DNA of 37,551 bases from a virus (lineage: Duplodnaviria; Caudoviricetes): IMG/VR virus record IMGVR_UViG_3300046747_000816, positions 1 to 37,551 of that record. The stretch is one strand, 5' to 3'. The translations under genes were made by a program, and so were the position numbers. The notes beneath the pieces were generated by a model. The model had not been told where the DNA came from. It saw nothing but the letters and a program-made list of their open reading frames with translations, and made no database searches. Of this stretch, positions 17,152-28,500 are shown piece after piece (position 1 is the first letter of the stretch; each line of letters starts with the position of its first letter).

Positions 17152-17840
17152 GCGACGGCGCCGGCGCAGACGCGAGCGAGACCACGGTCGGCGGCGGTGC
17201 CGATGCTGCCGCGGTCGCCGCAGACACAGCGTCGAAGGGTACCGAGAGCACGCTCGTCGGCGGCAGCGAGAAGCAGGCCGCTGGCGACAAGGGCGCAGAA
17301 GGCACCACCGAGAAGGCTGGCGAGAAGAAGGCCGACACGAAGGCCGAAGCGCCCAAGCCGGTCGAGTGGGAGAAGTGGAGCCCGAAGGCCATCGAAGGCC
17401 TCGAGCGCCCCGCCGAGCAGCTGAAGGCCGCCCGCGACATCTTCCAGAAGCACGGTTTCTCAGCGGAGCAGGCGCAAGCGGTCGTCGACCTGAGCGACTC
17501 CTTCGCTCGCGAGCAGGCGCAGTCGGACATCGCTCACCTCGAGAAGGTGCAGACCGGGTGGCGCGAGTCCCTGAAATCGGACTCCGACTACGGCGGCGCG
17601 CACCTCAAGTCGACCGCCGCCGATGTTGAGCGCGTGATGAAGCGCTTCGACGGCCGCCCCTACATGGCGGAGCTGCGCCGCGACCTCAACGAGACGCGGT
17701 TCGGTGACCACCCGGGCCTCATCAAGCTGCTCGCCGACCTCGGGAAGTCGATGCGCGAGGACAAGGTCATCACCGGCACGCAATCAGGCTCGTCGCAGAC
17801 TTTCCTCGACCAGCTCTACCCGACCTCGGCGAAGTCCTGA
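17148..17840 (+). CDS. Capsid scaffolding protein
   Basis: Disordered acidic N-terminus; GFSAEQAQ, GDHPGLIKLL..LGK.MRED, LYP ending; precedes capsid gene. Confidence 0.85.
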   Translation: MSDGAGADASETTVGGGADAAAVAADTASKGTESTLVGGSEKQAAGDKGAEGTTEKAGEKKADTKAEAPKPVEWEKWSPKAIEGLERPAEQLKAARDIFQKHGFSAEQAQAVVDLSDSFAREQAQSDIAHLEKVQTGWRESLKSDSDYGGAHLKSTAADVERVMKRFDGRPYMAELRRDLNETRFGDHPGLIKLLADLGKSMREDKVITGTQSGSSQTFLDQLYPTSAKS

Positions 17841-17854
17841 AGGAGAACTGACGA

Positions 17855-18853
17855 ATGGCAACCGAAGCCGCCAACACCTCGCTGCCCACCCTGCTCGATG
17901 CTGCACGTCTGAAGGACCCCGACGGCAAGCAGGCGAAGGTCATCGCCCTTCTCCAGGGCCGAAACGCGTTGCTCGAGGACGCAGTCGCCGTCGAGTGCAA
18001 CCGCGACACCGGCTACCAGTGGACCGTCGACACGGAGCTTCCCAGCGTCGAGTGGCGCCCCGTCAACGCGGGCGTCGCGCCGAGCAAGGGCACCTCGAGC
18101 CAGATGGTCGAGACGTGCGGCCTCCTCGAGACTTCCAGCCAGGTCGACATCGAGTTGCTCAAGCTCGGCAACAACGAGCAGGTCATCCGGTTCGACCAGG
18201 CGCGCAAGCACCTGACCGCGATGAACCGCGAGCTCGAGCGTGCGCTCGTGTACGAATCGCAGAAGGACCACCCCGAGCGGCTCACCGGCTTCATTCCCCG
18301 CTACACCTCGCTCAGCCAGAACTGGCACGAGCAGATCATCAGCTCGCAGATTTCGCACTCGGGCAGCGACGGAACGTCCGTCATCGCCGTGTGCTGGGGC
18401 CCCGACAGCTGCCACCTCATCTACCCGAAGGGGACGGTGGGCGGCGTCGAGCACAAGGACATGGGCGAGCAGCGCGTCACCGACGCGGCGGGCAAGCGGC
18501 TCACCGTGAAGGAAGACGTCTGGACGGCGCGCCTGGGGCTCGCGATTCCCGACCCGCGCTTTGTCGCGGTGCTGCGCAACATCGATACCGGGGCGATCGC
18601 GAAGACCGGGAAGCTCCTCATCGAGGACATGATTTCGCTGCAGGAGCAGATCGAAGACGAGAAGATGGGACGCTGCGCCTTCTACTGCAACCGCCTGGTG
18701 CGCACGTACCTGCGGCTGCAGACGGCCGACACGGTCGCCGGAGCGGGCCCGGTCCACTTCGACGAAATCGGCGGCAAGAAGGTGCTGATGTTCGGCGGGT
18801 GGCCCGTGCGGCGCTCCGACGAAATCCTCAACACCGAGTCGTACATCAGCTGA
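17855..18853 (+). CDS. Major capsid protein (BPP-1-like)
   Basis: PTLLD, N.LLED, LP...WR..N.GV.PSK, PERLTG..PRY, G.PVRRSDEILNTE; AAGGAG SD. Confidence 0.93.
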   Translation: MATEAANTSLPTLLDAARLKDPDGKQAKVIALLQGRNALLEDAVAVECNRDTGYQWTVDTELPSVEWRPVNAGVAPSKGTSSQMVETCGLLETSSQVDIELLKLGNNEQVIRFDQARKHLTAMNRELERALVYESQKDHPERLTGFIPRYTSLSQNWHEQIISSQISHSGSDGTSVIAVCWGPDSCHLIYPKGTVGGVEHKDMGEQRVTDAAGKRLTVKEDVWTARLGLAIPDPRFVAVLRNIDTGAIAKTGKLLIEDMISLQEQIEDEKMGRCAFYCNRLVRTYLRLQTADTVAGAGPVHFDEIGGKKVLMFGGWPVRRSDEILNTESYIS

Positions 18854-18875
18854 GAGCGCACAAGGAGCCACGCAC

Positions 18876-19346
18876 ATGTACATCGATGCCGCCAACCGCT
18901 TTTCGGACGCCCAGAGCCTCGCGGGTGTCGCAGCGGGCACCGCGCTCTCGGAGAAGAGCATTTACGTCGGAACGGCTGCGACCGTGCCGGGCATGACGTC
19001 TGCGACGCCGGTGAACGACCCGGGCCGTGGCGGAGAGAAAGAGATTCTCTGCCAGGTAGTGGAGGACTTCGACAGCGCGGGCGACGACACGACGCTGTTC
19101 GTCGAGCTCGTGCAGGCCGACGACGAGGGGCTGACCACGAACCTCGCGGTGCTCAACCGCACCCCCATCATCGCGCAGGCCACGATGGTGAAGGGCTACA
19201 ACTTCCGAATGGGCACCGTGCCGCCGGGCGTCAGTCAGGCGTACCTGGGCCTGCGGTTCAACGTGGGCACTTCAACGCCGACCGCCGGGAAAATCACCGC
19301 GGGCCTCGTCGAGTCGCTGCGCGAGGCTTCACTGAGCGCGATGTGA
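18876..19346 (+). CDS. Capsid cement/decoration protein (Bbp16-like)
   Basis: MYIDA..RFSDAQ...YLGLRFNV...TAGKITAGLV; follows capsid gene. Confidence 0.85.
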   Translation: MYIDAANRFSDAQSLAGVAAGTALSEKSIYVGTAATVPGMTSATPVNDPGRGGEKEILCQVVEDFDSAGDDTTLFVELVQADDEGLTTNLAVLNRTPIIAQATMVKGYNFRMGTVPPGVSQAYLGLRFNVGTSTPTAGKITAGLVESLREASLSAM

Positions 19347-19365
19347 GCTGAAGGAGAACACGACC

Positions 19366-19713
19366 ATGGCCGCCGCCGACAAGACCCCCGCCGCCCCGCC
19401 GACCGCCCCGCCTGCCGCCCCTGCGGCGAAGGCGAAGCGGTACCTCGTCACCGCGAACTGCTACCGAGACGAGCTCGGCGGCTTCCACAAGCGCGGGAGC
19501 TACGTCACGATTCCGGCCGGCTCGAAGGCCGTGCCCTCGCAGACGTGGACCGAGGTCGACGACAACGGCAGGCCCGTGGTCGGCGGACAGGTCGCGAAGC
19601 CGATCGCCAAGTTCGTCGAGTCGAAGAAGGCTCTCGCCGCTGGCGGCGTCGGTGCCGACCCGATGGAACGACTCACCAGCGCCCTCGAGAAGCTCGTCGG
19701 CTCGAAGGGCTGA
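19366..19713 (+). CDS. Hypothetical virion-region protein
   Basis: AAGGAG SD; Pro/Ala-rich N-terminus. Confidence 0.75.
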   Translation: MAAADKTPAAPPTAPPAAPAAKAKRYLVTANCYRDELGGFHKRGSYVTIPAGSKAVPSQTWTEVDDNGRPVVGGQVAKPIAKFVESKKALAAGGVGADPMERLTSALEKLVGSKG

Positions 19714-19732
19714 TTCCGAGAGGAGGTAGCCC

Positions 19733-20356
19733 GTGCCCACAGCGGAAGCCGCCGTGTGCAACGTGGCCCTCGTCCGCATTGGGCATACGCAGCTGCTCGA
19801 GAGCCTCTCCGGCAGCGACGTCGTCTCGAAGACGTGTGCCGCGCTGTTCCCGTTCACGCGTGACCAGCTCCTGCAGGCGCGCCCTTGGCCCTTCGCCACG
19901 CTCCGCCGTGCGCTCGCCGTGCTGGCAGACGATGCGGCCGACGACGAGCACCGCGACGGGTGGGACTTCACCTACGCCCTACCCGCCGACTGCATCGCCC
20001 CGCGGTACATCTGGAACGGCGGGCAGGAGAACCCCGGCGAAGACCAGACCATCCCCTACCGCATCGAGTCGTCACGCGACCTGAAGAGCCGCGTGTTGCT
20101 CGCGAACTTCGACGACGCGCAGCTCGTCTACACGGCGAAGGTGGTCGAGGTGCCCAGGTGGGACCCCCTCTTCGCCGAAGCAGTAGCCATGAAGATGGCG
20201 GCAGACCTCGCGCTGGGCATCGCGAAGAAGCCGCAGCTCGGGCTCGAGTTGATGCGGGCCTTCCAGATGTCGCTCACCGTCGCCTCGGCCTCGGCGGGGA
20301 ACCAGCAACAGGCGCTGCCGCGGCCAGAGAGCATCTTCGAACGCGGGAGGCTGTGA
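19733..20356 (+). CDS. Tail tubular protein A / head-tail adaptor
   Basis: VCNVALVRIG, PWPFAT.R, WDFTYALPADC, WDPLFAEAVA; GGAGG SD. Confidence 0.88.
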   Translation: MPTAEAAVCNVALVRIGHTQLLESLSGSDVVSKTCAALFPFTRDQLLQARPWPFATLRRALAVLADDAADDEHRDGWDFTYALPADCIAPRYIWNGGQENPGEDQTIPYRIESSRDLKSRVLLANFDDAQLVYTAKVVEVPRWDPLFAEAVAMKMAADLALGIAKKPQLGLELMRAFQMSLTVASASAGNQQQALPRPESIFERGRL

Positions 20357-22843
20357 GTGCCCGCCATTCGGCAGACGAACTTCAGGGCCGGTGAGCTCTC
20401 CCCGCTGCTGTGGGGGCGCACCGACCTGCCGGTGTTCGGCGCCGGCCTGCGCACCTGCCGAAACTTCTTTCCGACGAAGCAGGGCTCGCTGATGTCGCGA
20501 CCTGGCACCACCTACGTGGGCGGCGCGAAGGGCGTCGATGACCCCGGGCTCGGCGAGCGAGACGGTGGGCAGGCGCGGCTGATTCGCTTCGACTCTGGCG
20601 ACGAGCTCTACGAGTCGTACGCCCTCGAGGTCGGTTTTCGGTACATGCGCTTCATCGCGAACGGCGGCATCGTCGAGAGCGTGCCCGGAACGCCCTACGA
20701 GATTGCCACCCCGTGGAGCAACACCGAGATTTGGGAGCTTCAGTACGCGCAAATCGGCGACGTGCTCGTCATCGTGCACCCGAATCACGACCCGTACGAG
20801 CTCGTGCGGCACGGACATACCGACTGGGAACTGAGGAAGTTCCGATTCAAGGCGTACGAGCCGTTCGACACTGGGCGCGTGGGCTTCACCGTCGTCACGC
20901 CGGACAACTGGGCAGCGTCCACCATCTACGTGCTCGGCGCGATGGTCGCCAACGGCGGCAAGGTCTACGAGGCCATCGCCACGACCGGAGACCAGAAGTC
21001 GGCGGGCTCCGGCGGCCCGGCCGGAACCGGCGAGGTCATCGTCGACAACCACGTGACGTGGAGCTTCGTCGGCATCGTGAATCAGACCGACACATCGCAC
21101 CTCGGCCGCGAGTGGCAATGGCGGTGGACCGCGCTGGTGCGCGACAACGAGACCAACGCGCTCTACGAGACGCTGTCGCTCCCCGTCACCGAAGAGTTCG
21201 ACGGCAGCGACTACGACGACTCCGCGGCACCCATCATCGACTTCTTCGCCATCTACCCCGACATGCCGGTGCGGCTGCGGCGACCAACCACCGCCAGCCT
21301 CGGCAGCCCGCCCGAGGGCTCCGATACGTACACCATCGAAGAGTTCCTGCTCTACCGCGGGCGCGGCGGGCTCTTCGGCTTCATCGGCAGCACGAAGACG
21401 ACCGAGTTCATCGACTTCGGTGACGCGCCCAACTACGCGGTGCAGCCGCCGCAGGGAAACGAGCCCTTCGGAGACGCGACCGAGGCGACCGGAGTCCCAG
21501 CGCCCTTCGACACCCGGCGGCTCGACCGGCCATCTGCCGTCGCCTTCTTTCAGCAGCGCATCGTGTTCGGCGGGCTCACGCGGTCGCCGCAGGACGTCTT
21601 CGCCTCGAAGACGGGCGACTTTCAGAACTGGGACGAGAGGAAGTACCTCGATTACTCGGGTGAGCCCCTGCACTTCCAGCTCGCGGCGACGCGCCGTCAG
21701 AAGATGCGCTCCTTTGCGCGCCTCGGCCGCTTCCTCCTGAGCCAGACGAGCGCGGAGCAGTGGTACATCGGAGGAGTTCAGGGGAGCCCGCTCGACTTTG
21801 ACAGCGTCGACGCCGACGTCATCGAGCCGATCGGCTCGCTCACCATCGGCGCATTGCTCATCGAGGGCGCGGTGCTCTTCGCCCGGGCCAAGGGGTTCGG
21901 CGTTCGCGCGCTGATGCCGGGCGGGCAGAACGAGTCACCGTTCAGCGGGGTCGACGTCTCTGTCACAGCGGAGCACCTCTTCCGCGGCAAGAACAAGGGA
22001 ATCGTCGATTGGACCCACCAGGAAGACCCGTTCGGGCTCACATGGGTGGTGCGCGAAGACGGGCAGCTGCTCTCACTCACCTTCACGAAAGACAGCATCG
22101 GGTGGGCGCACCACGACACCGACGGCGTCGTCGAGTCGGTGTGCTCCATTCCCGAGGGCACCGAAGACGCGGTCTATCTGGTGGTGGTGCGACAGGTCGG
22201 CGACACCTACAAGCGGTACATCGAGCGCATGACGTCGCGGGTTCTCTACGAGGGCCCCGCTCTCGACGACGAGGGCAACGTCACGCCCGCAGACGACATC
22301 TGCATCGACTGCGCGAAGCGGTACTACGGGGCTCCGGCGCGGCACATCACGGGGCTCGACCACCTCGAGGGCCGCGACGTCTGGGTCATCGGGCCGCACC
22401 TCGACCCGTTGGGGCCCTTCACGGTCGCCAGTGGCGCAATCGACATGGGCGACGTGGTGCCGGCGAACGTCACCGCAGAACTCGGCGTGGCTGCGCTCCT
22501 CGTGTACGTCGGGCTGAAGTTCACCTGCGACCTCGAGACGCTCGACATCGCGAGCAGTGACGCGCGGCTCAGGCAGAAGACCGTCTCCTTCGTGGGCTTC
22601 GAGGTCGACGAGACCCGCGGCATCAAGGGCGGCATAGACTTCGACCACCTCGACGAGTTTGACCGGCGCGACCTCGACGGCGGCTACGACCCCATCGGGA
22701 ATGCGACCGCGCTCGTCTACCGGCCCGTGCCTGCTGAGTACAACCAAAGCGCTCGACTCTGCCTTCGTCAGGACTTGCCTCTTCCCATCACCGTGATTGC
22801 TGTGACGCGAGAGGTCGACGTTGGGGGCTCAAGTGGCCTCTGA
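20357..22843 (+). CDS. Tail tubular protein B / nozzle
   Basis: QTNFRAGELSP.L.GRTD, RPGT, YAQIGDV, PSAVAFFQQR, SKTGDFQN, GWAHHDTDG, LDHLEG, QDLPLPITV. Confidence 0.9.
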   Translation: MPAIRQTNFRAGELSPLLWGRTDLPVFGAGLRTCRNFFPTKQGSLMSRPGTTYVGGAKGVDDPGLGERDGGQARLIRFDSGDELYESYALEVGFRYMRFIANGGIVESVPGTPYEIATPWSNTEIWELQYAQIGDVLVIVHPNHDPYELVRHGHTDWELRKFRFKAYEPFDTGRVGFTVVTPDNWAASTIYVLGAMVANGGKVYEAIATTGDQKSAGSGGPAGTGEVIVDNHVTWSFVGIVNQTDTSHLGREWQWRWTALVRDNETNALYETLSLPVTEEFDGSDYDDSAAPIIDFFAIYPDMPVRLRRPTTASLGSPPEGSDTYTIEEFLLYRGRGGLFGFIGSTKTTEFIDFGDAPNYAVQPPQGNEPFGDATEATGVPAPFDTRRLDRPSAVAFFQQRIVFGGLTRSPQDVFASKTGDFQNWDERKYLDYSGEPLHFQLAATRRQKMRSFARLGRFLLSQTSAEQWYIGGVQGSPLDFDSVDADVIEPIGSLTIGALLIEGAVLFARAKGFGVRALMPGGQNESPFSGVDVSVTAEHLFRGKNKGIVDWTHQEDPFGLTWVVREDGQLLSLTFTKDSIGWAHHDTDGVVESVCSIPEGTEDAVYLVVVRQVGDTYKRYIERMTSRVLYEGPALDDEGNVTPADDICIDCAKRYYGAPARHITGLDHLEGRDVWVIGPHLDPLGPFTVASGAIDMGDVVPANVTAELGVAALLVYVGLKFTCDLETLDIASSDARLRQKTVSFVGFEVDETRGIKGGIDFDHLDEFDRRDLDGGYDPIGNATALVYRPVPAEYNQSARLCLRQDLPLPITVIAVTREVDVGGSSGL

Positions 22844-23324
22844 GCTTCAGGTGGTGCCGGCGAGGCTCGAGCACGCGATGCAGTTCGCTCCGATGCTGCG
22901 CGCTGGCGAGCTCGACGAGCTCGTGGCCCAGGGCTTCCCATCTGCCGAGCAGGCGCTCGTCGACGGCATCTGCGACTCCGACGAGGCGTGCACCGTGTTC
23001 GACGGCGACAAGCTGGTGGCGATGTTCGGGGTCGCGCCTGACCGCACAGCGCAGGTGACAGTCGTCGGCGGGCGTCGCGTTGGGGTCGTCTGGTTCCTCA
23101 CCGGCGAGGGCTTCCAGCGTTCCGTGCGCCGCGGTCTTCGTGTCGCGCGGCGGGCCGTCGCCGCGATGCTCGGCCTCTACCCGGTGCTCATCACCGTCAT
23201 TGATGCTCGCTACCTCGGGGCCGTGCGCTGGGCGCGATGGCTCGGCTTCACCATTGGTATCGCGGTGCCGTGGGGGCCGCTCGGTATGCCATTTCACCCC
23301 GCTGTGATTCGGAGGCCTGCATGA
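22833..23324 (+). CDS. T7 gp13-like / GNAT-fold virion assembly protein
   Basis: LR..ELDE, VAMFGV, VWFL, AVRWARWLGF; located after the nozzle gene. Confidence 0.75.
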   Translation: MASELQVVPARLEHAMQFAPMLRAGELDELVAQGFPSAEQALVDGICDSDEACTVFDGDKLVAMFGVAPDRTAQVTVVGGRRVGVVWFLTGEGFQRSVRRGLRVARRAVAAMLGLYPVLITVIDARYLGAVRWARWLGFTIGIAVPWGPLGMPFHPAVIRRPA

Positions 23325-23785
23325 GCGGCATCTTCAGCGGAGCATCGGACATCGTGGGCGCGGGCTTCCAACTCGACGCCGAGCAGAAGCAGAACAATCG
23401 AGACCTGCAGCGGCAAAACCTGGCCTCCGATGTCGGCACGGAGCAGGCCCAGGAGAAGGGCAACTACCAGGCGGCGCAGATTCGGCAGCAGGTGGCGCAA
23501 CTCGGGGCCAAGCAGCGCACCGCATACGCGAACAGCGGCGTAGACTCGACCGTGGGCACCGCGGCACAGGTCCAGGCGAACACCTCGATGCAGGGCGAGC
23601 TCGACGCGCAGATGGCGAAAAACAACGCCGCGCGCGAGGTCTGGGGCTACCAGCAAGCGAAGAAGCAGGCCCAAGAGGACTTCCAGGCGAAGAACGATGC
23701 GGCAAGCCGCAAGGCGGCGGGCACTGTGGTGGGTGGCGCAGGGAAACTCGCAGGCGGCGTGGCTTCGCTCATGGGTGGCGGATGA
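23321..23785 (+). CDS. Small internal virion (ejection) protein, T7 gp14-like
   Basis: QRTAYANSGVD, NNAAREVWGY, Gly/Ala-rich ends; GGAGG SD. Confidence 0.8.
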   Translation: MSGIFSGASDIVGAGFQLDAEQKQNNRDLQRQNLASDVGTEQAQEKGNYQAAQIRQQVAQLGAKQRTAYANSGVDSTVGTAAQVQANTSMQGELDAQMAKNNAAREVWGYQQAKKQAQEDFQAKNDAASRKAAGTVVGGAGKLAGGVASLMGGG

Positions 23786-25554
23786 AGGTCGAGGGCTACG
23801 GCGAGCAGAAGGTCGGCCCCGAGCAGGCACGCGTGCCGGTCGCCGGCGTGCCGCGAGAGACCGGCTTCGAGGCCATCTCGCGCGCCGGAGCTGGGCTTGA
23901 TGCAGCCGCCGGTGCGGTTGAGCAGCAGTACAACAAATACCAGCACGAGGCCGCGGTCACCGACGCCCGCGACGCGCTCACTCAGCTCGAGCAGCGGCAG
24001 ACGGCACGCATGTACGGCGACACGACCGGCGTCTTGCCGACGACTGGCAACCGTCTGGGCGAGCCTGGAGACCAAGGCACCTCGACCGAGGGCTTCCTCG
24101 CCACCCGCGGCAAGTCGGCTGCGGAGCAGAGCAGCAAGGTGCTCTCCGACTTCGACGGCGACGTCACCGACATCAGCGACAAGCTCTCGAGCCCAGCCGC
24201 CCAGAAGATTTTCCAGGCCGAGGCGAAGGGCCGCTACGCGGAGATGCACCGCGCGGTCGAGGCGCACGTCAGCCGCCAGGTTGAGCAGGCGAAGGCCGAC
24301 AGCCTGGCCGCGGCTTCCGATGAGGCGGTGCGTGCGGCCGCTGTCGACCCGGGCAACGATGGTCTCGCACAGGACCGCATCGCAAGCGTGGTGGGCGCAG
24401 CTCACGGCATGGGCGGCAGCGAAGACGCCATCAACACGAAGACGCTCGAGGTGCAGCAGCGCGTGGCGATGGCGCGCATCGATGCGCTCCTCGCGCGCAA
24501 GGACGTGCAGCGGGCCGAGGAGGTGCTCGACGCGGGCAAGTGGGCGTTGGGCGCGCAGCTCGACAACTACAAGGACAAAGTCGCGAAGGTGAAGGGCATC
24601 GTTGAGACCGAGCGCTTCGTCACAGACGCCGTTCAGCACGCTCGCCTCCCGAGCGGGCAGGTCGACGAGTCGGCGGTGTTGCGCGCTGTCGACGCGATGC
24701 CCGACGAGGCGGCCCGAGCGCGTGCCGAGCCCATCGCCGCGCAGCACCTGCTTCGCGCCAAGAAAGCGTACGAGGCCGACACGCAGCAACTCGTGCAGCA
24801 GTCGCGGCAGATGGTCTTCGAGCAGGGGTGGGCGAGTTTCTCCGCATCGCCGCAGGCCGAGCAGCTCTTCATTCGGAACCGCGAAGAGTTCGATGCGATG
24901 CGGAACCGCGACGAGAAGGAGCTCAACGCGCTCGAGCGCAAGCAGCGCATGCGCTCAAACAACCGCGCGGCCATTCGTGAGCAAGGTGAAATCGACAAGA
25001 CCGCGCAGGCCGAGTGGGGCACCGAGCTCGCTCGCGACACCAACGCCTCGCTGAAGGATTTTCTCGCCGACCACCCGGGGTTGAGCAAGCACATTCCCGC
25101 GACGCTCGAGAAGCAGCAGGCCGTGCAGCAGAAGGTCGAGAAGGCCGGCCTTGCCGAGCACCAGAACGCATTCGTGTCCGACTACATGGCGGAGGCCCGC
25201 TACCGCATGCCTGCCTTCACCGGCAAGCCGGCCGAGGTGAAGCAGCAGGAGCGCGATTGGGAGCAGGCACAGCGCGACGCGGCCACGAACGTGTACACGC
25301 GGCAGATGGAGCAGAACGGCGGTAAGGCGCCCACCGCGAAGGAGCTCGACGCGGAGAAGGCGCGGCTGATTCTGAAGCTGCCGCCGGTGAGCACCGACCC
25401 CGCGCAGCTGCAGCAGCAGGTCGACGCGATGAATCGGGTACTCCGCGGTCCGCCATCGAAGGCGCCGCCTGTGCCTACTGGCATCTTCAAGACCGACAAG
25501 AACGGCGTGCGCTGGGAGAAGCTGAGTGACGGCACCGCGCGGCGGGTGAAGTGA
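23782..25554 (+). CDS. Internal virion (ejection) protein
   Basis: Ala/Gln-rich helical 590 aa between the small and giant ejection genes; GFLATRGKSA motif. Confidence 0.8.
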   Translation: MKVEGYGEQKVGPEQARVPVAGVPRETGFEAISRAGAGLDAAAGAVEQQYNKYQHEAAVTDARDALTQLEQRQTARMYGDTTGVLPTTGNRLGEPGDQGTSTEGFLATRGKSAAEQSSKVLSDFDGDVTDISDKLSSPAAQKIFQAEAKGRYAEMHRAVEAHVSRQVEQAKADSLAAASDEAVRAAAVDPGNDGLAQDRIASVVGAAHGMGGSEDAINTKTLEVQQRVAMARIDALLARKDVQRAEEVLDAGKWALGAQLDNYKDKVAKVKGIVETERFVTDAVQHARLPSGQVDESAVLRAVDAMPDEAARARAEPIAAQHLLRAKKAYEADTQQLVQQSRQMVFEQGWASFSASPQAEQLFIRNREEFDAMRNRDEKELNALERKQRMRSNNRAAIREQGEIDKTAQAEWGTELARDTNASLKDFLADHPGLSKHIPATLEKQQAVQQKVEKAGLAEHQNAFVSDYMAEARYRMPAFTGKPAEVKQQERDWEQAQRDAATNVYTRQMEQNGGKAPTAKELDAEKARLILKLPPVSTDPAQLQQQVDAMNRVLRGPPSKAPPVPTGIFKTDKNGVRWEKLSDGTARRVK

Positions 25555-28500
25555 TGGCCGACACGGCACCGATGTTCGACGACATCGAGGGTTCGGCCGA
25601 CGCGCCCGCGACGGCCCCCAGCTTCGACGCGATCGAAGACGTCAATGGGGTGCAGGTCGATTCACCCCCTCAGGCCAGCGCGCAAAATCAGCCTCAATCG
25701 CCCGCGACCGAATATGCGCCCGTTGACTTCGCACAGCAGCTGAATGCACCGGCCGAGGTCGAGCCCGCGCTGCTGCCTGACCCGAACAAGGGGCTCTTTG
25801 AGGACGCCAATCGCATTCGCTCCATCTTCAGCGGCCCCACTGCGCCGACCACCGAAGACGGCGTCGACAAGCACTCTCAGATTCTGCAGCTGCGGCAGCG
25901 CACCGGGCTCTCGTACCAAACCATCGCGGAGAAGCTGCCCGAGTTTCAGAAGCAGTGGGAGCTCGCGCAGACGGACCCGGTCGAGTGGGTGCGCCACAAC
26001 CCCCAGCTCGCCGACTACGTGCTGCGCAACCCCGAGGCCGGAACGATGGTTCCGTACGACCCGGGGCTCGACAAGGTCTCGAAGGCGCTCAACGCCATCA
26101 CCGGCTTCATCTTCCCGAGCGCGGCCGACGTCGAGGCCGTGCGCCGCGCCACCACGTACACGGACCCGTTCACCGGCAAGAAGAGCGTGCCGGGAGCAGG
26201 CAGCGCGGTCGACGCCGCAGCCACCTCAGAGTCGGTGCACATCAAAGAGCCGCAGGCGGGGCTCGCGAGGCAAGACGAGAAGAGCAAGGCCATCAATGAG
26301 AGCACGTTCGGCGGAGCGCTCGCCGTCGGGCAGCGCGAGAAAGAAGCCGTCGCCGGCATCAACGCGAACCTCACATGGTGGGAGATTGGGAAGCGCCGGC
26401 ACGCCCCGGGCGAGCCGAAGCCCACGGCGCTGCTCGAGCAGCAGGCGCTCGACTTCGAGTCCAACGCGCAGCCCCGAGACTTGCAGCAGGGCGAGGTGGG
26501 CAAGGTGCTCTCGAGCGCGGCCAGCGGAGCGGCCTCGAGCATCATGGCCACCGGCGACATGCTCAAGGGCGCAACGGGCGGCGCGCTCATCACCGGCACC
26601 ATCGGGGCCGGCATCACACTGCTGGGCACCCGCTCGCCCGCGCTCGCCCGCGCGGCCTTCCTCGAGTCGGCTGGCGTCGGCGCGAAGCTCGGCGGCAAGG
26701 GCGGCGCGTACGCCTTCACCGTGCGCGCTGAGGGTGGCGCCTACTACCGCGAGCTGCTGCAGGCGAAGCGCGACGACGGCTCTGCGGTGCCTGAAGACGA
26801 GGCTTGGGCCGGCGCGATGATTGTCGGCAACCTGAACGCGGCCATCGAGGTGGGCACCATCAACCCATCGCTCGCCGTGTGGGGCGGCGTCGGCGAGCTC
26901 ATCAAGAGCGGCTCGCGCAAGGCGGCCGTCGCCGAACTGCTGAGAAACGGCGCGTTCCGCAACGCCTCGAAGCGCCTCGCGAAGCAGTGGGCAGAAGCGA
27001 CGCTGACCGAGTCGGGCGAGGAGACTCTTCAGAATCTCACGAAGCAGGCGGCCAGCTACTTCCTGGGCACGCAGAAGGAGGTCAGCCTCGCGGAGGGCGT
27101 GAAAGAGGGGCTCGAGGCCGTGCCGTCGTCGGCGCTGCTCGCGACCACCGGCGCAGCCTCGCAGCACATCCAGTCGTCCGCCTTTCAAGCGGTGACCGGC
27201 GTCGGCGGTGCGGTGACCGACGAGATGCGAGCTCGTGCGGGCCTCGAGGTGTCGCAGCACCTGCAGCGCTCCGACGACGCCCACCAGTCCGCGGCCATCG
27301 TCCACGAGCTCGCCAACTTCGACGTCCACGACAGCCCCGTCACCAAGGCCGACCCCGAAGGCATCGCACAGGCGCTCCAGAGCGGCGGCCTGGGTCCGAG
27401 CCTCTACATCACCACCGACGCGTACGTGAAGTTCAACCAGGGCGCCAAGGTTGACCTGGAAACGGCGGCGAAGCGCGACCTCGGCCCTGACGGCTACCAG
27501 CGCCTCAAAGAGGCCGTGGCGACCGGGCAGCCCCTGGAAGTGCCATCGGCGAAGTACCTCGCCGACTGGTCGACCGAGCAGAAGCAGGCGCTCGAGCCGC
27601 ACACCACCACCCGCGCAGACCTACCCACGCCGGCGGCTGTCGACAAGAAGGAGTTCGACGGCAAGGTGCAGGCGCTCCTCGACGCCATGGAGAAGGGGCC
27701 GGTCGAGCCCGAAACCCCCGGTGAGGCCGCGTTCCTCGACGTCGCAGAAGCGCAGCTCGAGATGAGCAGCAACGATGGGGACCCGCAGAAAGCCCGCCAG
27801 AAGATGGAACTCATGCGCGCCACCGTGCGCGTGTACTCAGAGGTCTTCGGTCAGAGCGCCGACGAGCTCTTCAAGAACTTCGCGCTCCACGTGAGCGCCG
27901 GCCTCGACCCCACCATGGAGGAGGTGCTGCAGGCCAGGAACGAGAAGCTCAGCGCCACCGACCGAGCCGAAGAGCTGTTGCGCGACGAAGGTACGGGCCT
28001 GCCGAATGAGGCGGCAATGGCCGCGACGCGTGCGCCTGAAGGCAAGCCGCTCGTCGGCCACCTTGCGGTCGAGGGCTTCAAGTGGCTCAACGACCAGGTC
28101 GGTCACGACAAGGCCGACCTCCTCGCGCGCGCCGTCGGCGTGGCGCTGAGCGGTGTCGCTCAGCCGTTCAAGCTGGGCGGCGCGAACTTCGGCTTCTACG
28201 TGAAGGACCAGGCCGAGCTCGACAGCATCGCCGAGAAGGTGCGCGCCGCGATGCCTGCCCAGCTGCGCGGCTTCGACATCACCGCGGCCGTGGGCAAGAC
28301 GGTGGGCGAGGCCAGTGCTCTGAATCAGACGAACATCGACCAGGCGGTGAAAGAGGGGGCTCGCGCGAACACCAGGCCACCGCACCCCACCCTTCCCGGC
28401 GAAAGCGCGAAGGCGGAGCGGCCGAAGGGGCTGCCTGCCGATCTCGCGCCAGAGTCCCTCGCGTTCCCCGAGAACAAGGCGTCAGGCGTCATCGCGCCTG

